The position numbers were made by a program, and so were the translations under genes. Under the pieces are notes generated by a model. The model searched no databases, had not been told where the DNA came from, and was given only the letters and a program-made list of their open reading frames with translations. A DNA stretch of 63,964 nucleotides, counting the filler, from Bigelowiella natans CCMP2755 (Eukaryota > Protista > Cercozoa): NCBI GenBank assembly GCA_000320545.1. It is 7 parts of 7 records of this genome, joined end to end, with 100 filler letters (N's around TTAATTAATTAA, not from the genome) between each part and the next. Parts side by side here need not be neighbours in the genome. Positions count along the whole stretch, not along the records: positions 55,455 to 62,603 come from ADNK01002324.1; positions 62,704 to 63,964 come from ADNK01002799.1; 5 more parts are not named here. The stretch is one strand, 5' to 3'. The first letter of the stretch is position 1, and each line of letters begins with the position of its first letter. Shown piece after piece: positions 58,322 to 63,964 of this stretch.

Positions 58322-61300
58322 TGTATACGTGTTTTCTATGAAGGACGGGGAAACGCCGATAATCATTGCATCGGAACAAAATAACAAAGAGGGTGTCCAA
58401 AGACTGATTGACTTGAAGGCAGATATGAACCTGCAAGATAAGGTGATTTTTAGGAGGGGAGAAAAGGGGGGGGGGCGTCATAGGATGGGGATGGGGATGG
58501 GGAGGAAATTGAGAATGATCTATATACTCTGTAGCACGGAGAAACAGCACTGGCATCTGCCGCGCGCGACAACTTTCCAGAGATCGTCAAAACGCTCATC
58601 ATTGCCAAAGTGAACCCGGCGATAAGAACGCACGTAAGTAGCAGAGGATGATGGGGGGTGGAGAGCGCCAGAGAGAAATTAAGTGAGACATAATGAGAAG
58701 CGAGAAAACATCACGCAATGCATGCGACAAAGGGTGAAACAAACAGTTGCTCATGAGCACCATGGCAGCGTGTTTTTTTTAAGATTCATCTTTATCGATT
58801 GTGTTTTTCTCATCCACGGCTTCTACTCCCCAACTCGTCGTTTCTCCTCCACCCTCCCTCCCCCCCCCCCCATCAGTCGGGCAAGACACCCTTGCAGCTA
58901 GCAAAGATGCCAAACACGATCTGATTGTGAAGTTCATCTTAAATGCCTCTGAAGACTTCAACGCTGCTCCTCGCAGCCATAGCTTCTTCAAAGCACAAGC
59001 AACTGAAGGAGATAATCTATTACGCGGAGGAGCTTAACTGCGGGGATCCCACTCTCTTGAAGAAGGCGAGATACCTCTTGAATGTAAGTCGCTTCAACGC
59101 CATTGCGCTGCTGCTGCTATTGATAGCAAGTGACGCTGCGCGAAGTCCGGTTAAGAACGTGCCGTTGAAATGGTTTGCGTCGCTCGCATACGCTGACCCA
59201 TTAATGGCCTGTTTCCCTCCCTCCTATCACCCCATCCACAGCTGAGTTCCCGACTCTCCGCGAGTGTGAAGAAGGGCAAGTACAACCCTCTGTTGATCAT
59301 CGTGAACGAGGCGAAGGAGAGCAAGTTCGGTGACCTAGAGCTATTGGATCGAGCCAATGAAGTCCTAGAGGTGATGGAGCGAGCTGCCGCTGCGGATATT
59401 CATTCTGGAAGAGCTAATTGCCGTTGTCTGCGAATGTTTCCTTCTTTCTCCGTGGTGTATGAATCAGGTGTCAACAATGCTGACCGATTCGCTAGAAGAC
59501 TGTGAGTTGAAGGAGATGGAGGATGCGCTCAGCCGTGCCGACAATATTAAGTAAGCAAGGGAGGCGGGGGGGGGGGCAAGGCGAGGAGGAGGCATCTGAT
59601 TGCAGAGAATTGGGGGGCCTGAAAGTGTGTCTGGATAAGTCGATCGTTAACGATCCATCTATATCTACCTGAGACAGTAAATGAGGCTATTCTTTTATTG
59701 CAATTGCTTGTAGATTCGGCGACCATGACCTGATGCAAATCGTGCGGGAAACAATACAAGTGAGTCCTCATCCGCGATGTATATTTATTGTACAGACACG
59801 CACACATGCCCCCCCCCACCCCTTGGGTCTTTCTTCTTTATCTCTTCGCAGAGTTCCTACTGTTTATTATCATCACTACACGAATGAGTCATATCTCGCT
59901 CAAACTAGTAGATGTATGTAGGGTGTTTTTTTATCACATATCATTCTTCTTTCTACGTCTCCCCTCCTATCTTCAAAACCACTTCCACTTGCAGGCAATC
60001 CACAAACTGGAGAAAAGCATTCATACAGGGATCCCTGAGGACCTCAAAGACGCCTTGGCTGAGGCGGAGAGAGTTCATCTGAGAAGCGTCAGGCTCATCG
60101 AGACGGCAAATTTTCACTTGGAAGTAATGCTCAAACTTGCTGCCCTTCAGTCTTTGTGCCGCCCCTCATGCGCAACCGACTCTACGTTGGAGCTCGTGTG
60201 TGCTTACTATCATTCGTACAGATGATGATATCATCATCGTCGTCATCATCACCTGACTATTCTTATTCTTCTTCTTCATCATCCCCCCCCCCCCCCCCTC
60301 GCCTAACCAGACAAACAGGGAGCTGAATAAGGCCATTTGGAAGTGGGAGCGGTTCACGACTCATCTTAAATCTGCGATCAAGCGAGCGGTGCGCTCGGAC
60401 TTTGGCAATGCACCTCTCCTTCAGGACGCTCGGGCCGTGCTGCAGGTTGTTGGGTAGCAGTGCGAAGTGTGCGGTGTGCGGTGTACAGTGAGCATAATCA
60501 TGCCGATTTGTATTCGCGCGGCGATTGACGAGGGAAACGCATGCTGTATCTTCCGCCGCATCATGTATTCTGCCTCTTCTTCTATGCCGTTGGCAGCTCG
60601 AGAAAGACATCGAGACGGGAAGTGAAGGCAAGATCAGCGAGGCCCTTGGAGTCGTTTACAAGCTGAGATTGCACCTAGTTCCTGCCGTCAAGATAGCCAC
60701 GGAATTGATAGAGGTAACTGTGATAAGGCTTCCGCTTCCCTCCCCCCCCCCCACCCCTCCCTCTATCTATTTCTCTTACGAGCCTGGCACGAGGAAGCTT
60801 TGATGGAAAGAGGAAACCTTAACTATTGAGTCGAAGGAGAAATGGAAATGATGTCTTTGGTTAGGTTATCCGCGAGATACGTGTAAGAACGAAGGAGGGT
60901 ATTTTCAGGCCGCTGCTAAAGATCATAGCGAAGGCGAAGGAGATCAAGCTGAACGACACAGCTCTGATTGCGAGTGCGGAGGAGGTGTGCAAGGTAGGAA
61001 TGTCTCCCACCAGGCCTGCCGCGCCGACTCGGCATCCATTTCATCCCGAAGTAACTCTTCATGTAATCTATGCTGAGAGGCCATGTGCGCATATATATAT
61101 CATCCCAGATCGGCCAGGACATCTTTGACGGAATTGAGAACGGCGACATCGAGCTGATCACCCGCTCGCTCCAACTCGCCGAGGAGTTGAACTTCGGCGA
61201 TAAGAGGCTGATTGGGAAGGCGAAGGGAACGCTGCAGATAGGCCGCGTGCTTGACAAGGCCAGCCAGAGTACGCGATGCACCCTACAACAAAGAATTATT

Positions 61301-61641
61301 TGACAATATGAATATTAATGATGCTTTTAGATTATTGGCGGTTGCCTCTTCCGAACGCGGGGCATTGACTTTCTCTGACTGTTGTATTTCGTTCGCAGCT
61401 GGGGACTTGACGACGCTCAAGACGGGGATGACCTTCGCGCGCTGGATCGCCTTCAAGAACCTGGGGATCCTGGCCAAAGCGAAGACCGGCCTCATGCTGC
61501 ACCGCGCGGTTGAGACTGAGAAAAAGTCCAACCTGTTCGTCTCCCTTGACGCGGCAAGGAAGTGCAGATTCCCGTTCCAGCCTCTCGTCACTGAGGTGTA
61601 CATTCGTTCTGACAAACCGAATCATCATCAGCGAAATAGAG

Positions 61642-61677
<36 letters not shown>

Positions 61678-62201
61678 AACACACAGCTACAGTTGCTTAG
61701 GATTTCTGTGGATATATCGCCATTAACTAAGAGTGTCGTTTGTGTTTGGGATATTGCAGGCGCAGAGACTGTATGACATGCACCTTCGTCTAGAAGCGTG
61801 CTTGCGCCACGGGGAGTATGAAGAAACCATCCTAGCCATCAAACAAGCAGAGGTGTGGAATAAAACGCACACACGCACGAATGCACGCACGCACGCACGC
61901 ACGCACACAGGGGCATGGCAATGCAAAAACGGTGCCACTCTCCAAAGTCTGACAAATCGATAAATAACCACAAGAGAGAAGTGAAGGAAATCGCCCCGTG
62001 CTCTGCTGCTCTGCTCTAAGTTCCGTTCATCCGTGTTGATCATTCCCACAGAGCATTAAGTTTTTGGACGAGAAGAAGATACAAAAATGCCGTCGCTCCC
62101 GCGACATGACCCCGGAGCTGCTTGCTGCCCAGGAAACCGTCGATTACAACAAAATGCACTTCGCGATGACGAACGCCAAGCACATCAAATTCGGGTAAGC
62201 A

Positions 62202-62240
<39 letters not shown>

Positions 62241-62500
62241 GTATGGTTGAAGCGACATAGCTATCTATGCTACAATAACTGTTAGTAGTTGTGGCACGCA
62301 GTCCCACGTTTTCTTCCTCCTCTTCTTTTTTCACTACTACTACTGCTGCTACTACTGCTGCTATTACTACTACTGCTACTGCAAGTGACGCTGGGCTGAT
62401 GTGTCATTTCATTAGCAATAAGAAACTAATGGCGAGTGTGAAGCTGACGATGAAAGGAGCTCCCCTTCTGAAGGCGTTTGAGCAAAACGACCTCAAAATG
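56807..62500 (+). CDS. Ankyrin-repeat protein (~7 ANK) followed by more than 10 copies of a ~43-aa helical repeat; 3'-truncated by gap
   Basis: GDTPLVVAC, GLTPLMAAA, GYSAMHLAV, GETPIIIAS, GETALASAA, GKTPLQLA, then repeated 43-aa exons; two compensating indels at 58903-58943. Confidence 0.85.
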
Positions 62501-62565
62501 GTTGATGTGCTGCTGACCCCTGTTCTCCCCCCCCTCCCCCCCCCCTCCTCACCTCTCTTTGTGTA

Positions 62566-62600
<35 letters not shown>

Positions 62601-62603
62601 TCG

Positions 62604-62703
62604 NNNNNNNNNNNNNNNNNNNNNNNNNNNNNNNNNNNNNNNNNNNNTTAATTAATTAANNNNNNNNNNNNNNNNNNNNNNNNNNNNNNNNNNNNNNNNN
62701 NNN
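62604..62703. other. Artificial assembly spacer
   Basis: N44-TTAATTAATTAA-N44. Confidence 0.97.
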
Positions 62704-62829
62704 CCGTACCGCATAGCACGTATACGTGCAGCCTGCTTCCAAGCCCTCCATGCTGCTATAGTGGGTGCTGTAGCTACTACCTGAAAGGCCAATAGATATG
62801 AATGCATATAGAATGTGTCTTTGCTATTC

Positions 62830-62871
<42 letters not shown>

Positions 62872-63151
62872 ATTGTAGATTTTCATATATATTTTATGTG
62901 ACCTGTACTGCAACGAAGAGTAGGATAACGAATGCCCCAGTACTTGCGCTGTCATCTCCCTAGCATCATCATCATTATCATTATCATCATCACCACCAGC
63001 ACCATCGTACAAAAACCCCTTTGAAGAAACCACACACACACACGCACACACACGCACACACACACACACACACATACACACACACGTATATACACACAAA
63101 GGGGCATATCATCATGCATTGCACGCATGTATATCATCAAGAACGGTAGCA

Positions 63152-63265
63152 TCATAATGCTACCCCTTCGACTCTTGATTTAGGCACTAAGAATGCGAGA
63201 TGGGCGAGCGGCACCGACGTAAACATGTGAAACATGAAGAGAGCAGTAGCTAAGACCTGCACACA

Positions 63266-63310
<45 letters not shown>

Positions 63311-63824
63311 AAATGGCAATGACTTTTGTCCTGCGACATGGAAAGCTGCCGTGTCACGGAACCAAAAACCATGAAACGCTCTCTGGCAGTTCTTTCCATG
63401 GTTCTTTTCACTACTATCTTCATTATTTGCTGCTTCGCTCGGAATTAGCGGATGATAGGGGTGTGTGCGGTGGGGCCGCATGTTGATAATACCATGCGTG
63501 TACGGTCTTGTGAGACCTGTGGAGAAAGAAAGAGAGAGGGAGAGAGAGAGAGAGAGAGGGAGGTTGCATAAAGTAGTAAGACAAAGACGATGACCATGCA
63601 CTTCAATATGCACGCACATAGCGCAGGAATATGCTGCAACGACGACGAGGAGGGGGAGGAGGAGGAGGAGGAGGAGGAGGAGGAGGAGGAGAGAATAGCA
63701 CACCTCTCTCGAGTCCAACAAACGAAACGCCCACCGCCTGGCGACGGGCTCAAACTCCATTCGAGGAATGCTGGAACTAGCTGGTTTGGTGCCAGCATGG
63801 TCACTTCTGCACGCACATGCGACC
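63152..63824 (-). CDS. Fragment of an unidentified multi-exon gene
   Basis: Exon-like segments bounded by AG/GT between microsatellite introns (e.g. RMEFEPVARRWAFRLLDSRE; VLATALFMFHMFTSVPLAHLAFLVP); frame and family are uncertain. Confidence 0.3.
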
Positions 63825-63964
63825 TGTGAGAGAGGAGAACAATGGTTGCCAGCAGGATACGATCAGGATTGAGACGAAGGGTTTTAATAGCACTAGGTGT
63901 TATGATGTGTGTTGTTTTTCCTCTACTTGGTTCTATCCGAGATGAGCCCCTCCCCCCCCCCGCC

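Overview
Gene-dense, intron-rich nuclear DNA from a eukaryotic microbe (protist; lineage not determinable here). It has GT-AG introns full of microsatellites and six artificial 100-bp gap spacers (N44-TTAATTAATTAA-N44), at least two of which join pieces of unrelated genes. All gene models were spliced by eye. Recognisable genes: TMEM19/DUF92, a CCCH-finger SAM methyltransferase, a single-chain serine palmitoyltransferase (LCB2-LCB1 fused to a PAP2/S1P-phosphatase-like membrane domain), a C1GALT1/GT31-like protein with Cys-rich Sushi-like modules, GH99 endo-alpha-mannosidase, a permuted NlpC/P60 fragment, a PWI-domain protein, CAF1 deadenylase, FOPNL/CEP20, a mucolipin channel, an ankyrin plus 43-aa-repeat protein, an NHL-repeat fragment and several orphans. 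The most interesting signals are: (1) the SPT tri-domain fusion whose phosphatase-like domain has lost its key catalytic residues, a candidate built-in membrane anchor or sphingolipid sensor; (2) a TRCGACAA motif, partly as inverted dyads, concentrated upstream of genes; (3) a DxD-less, Cosmc-like GT31; (4) an exon-modular 43-aa helical repeat; (5) palindrome-rich patches in tail-to-tail intergenic regions. No rRNA, tRNA, CRISPR or recognisable transposon was found.
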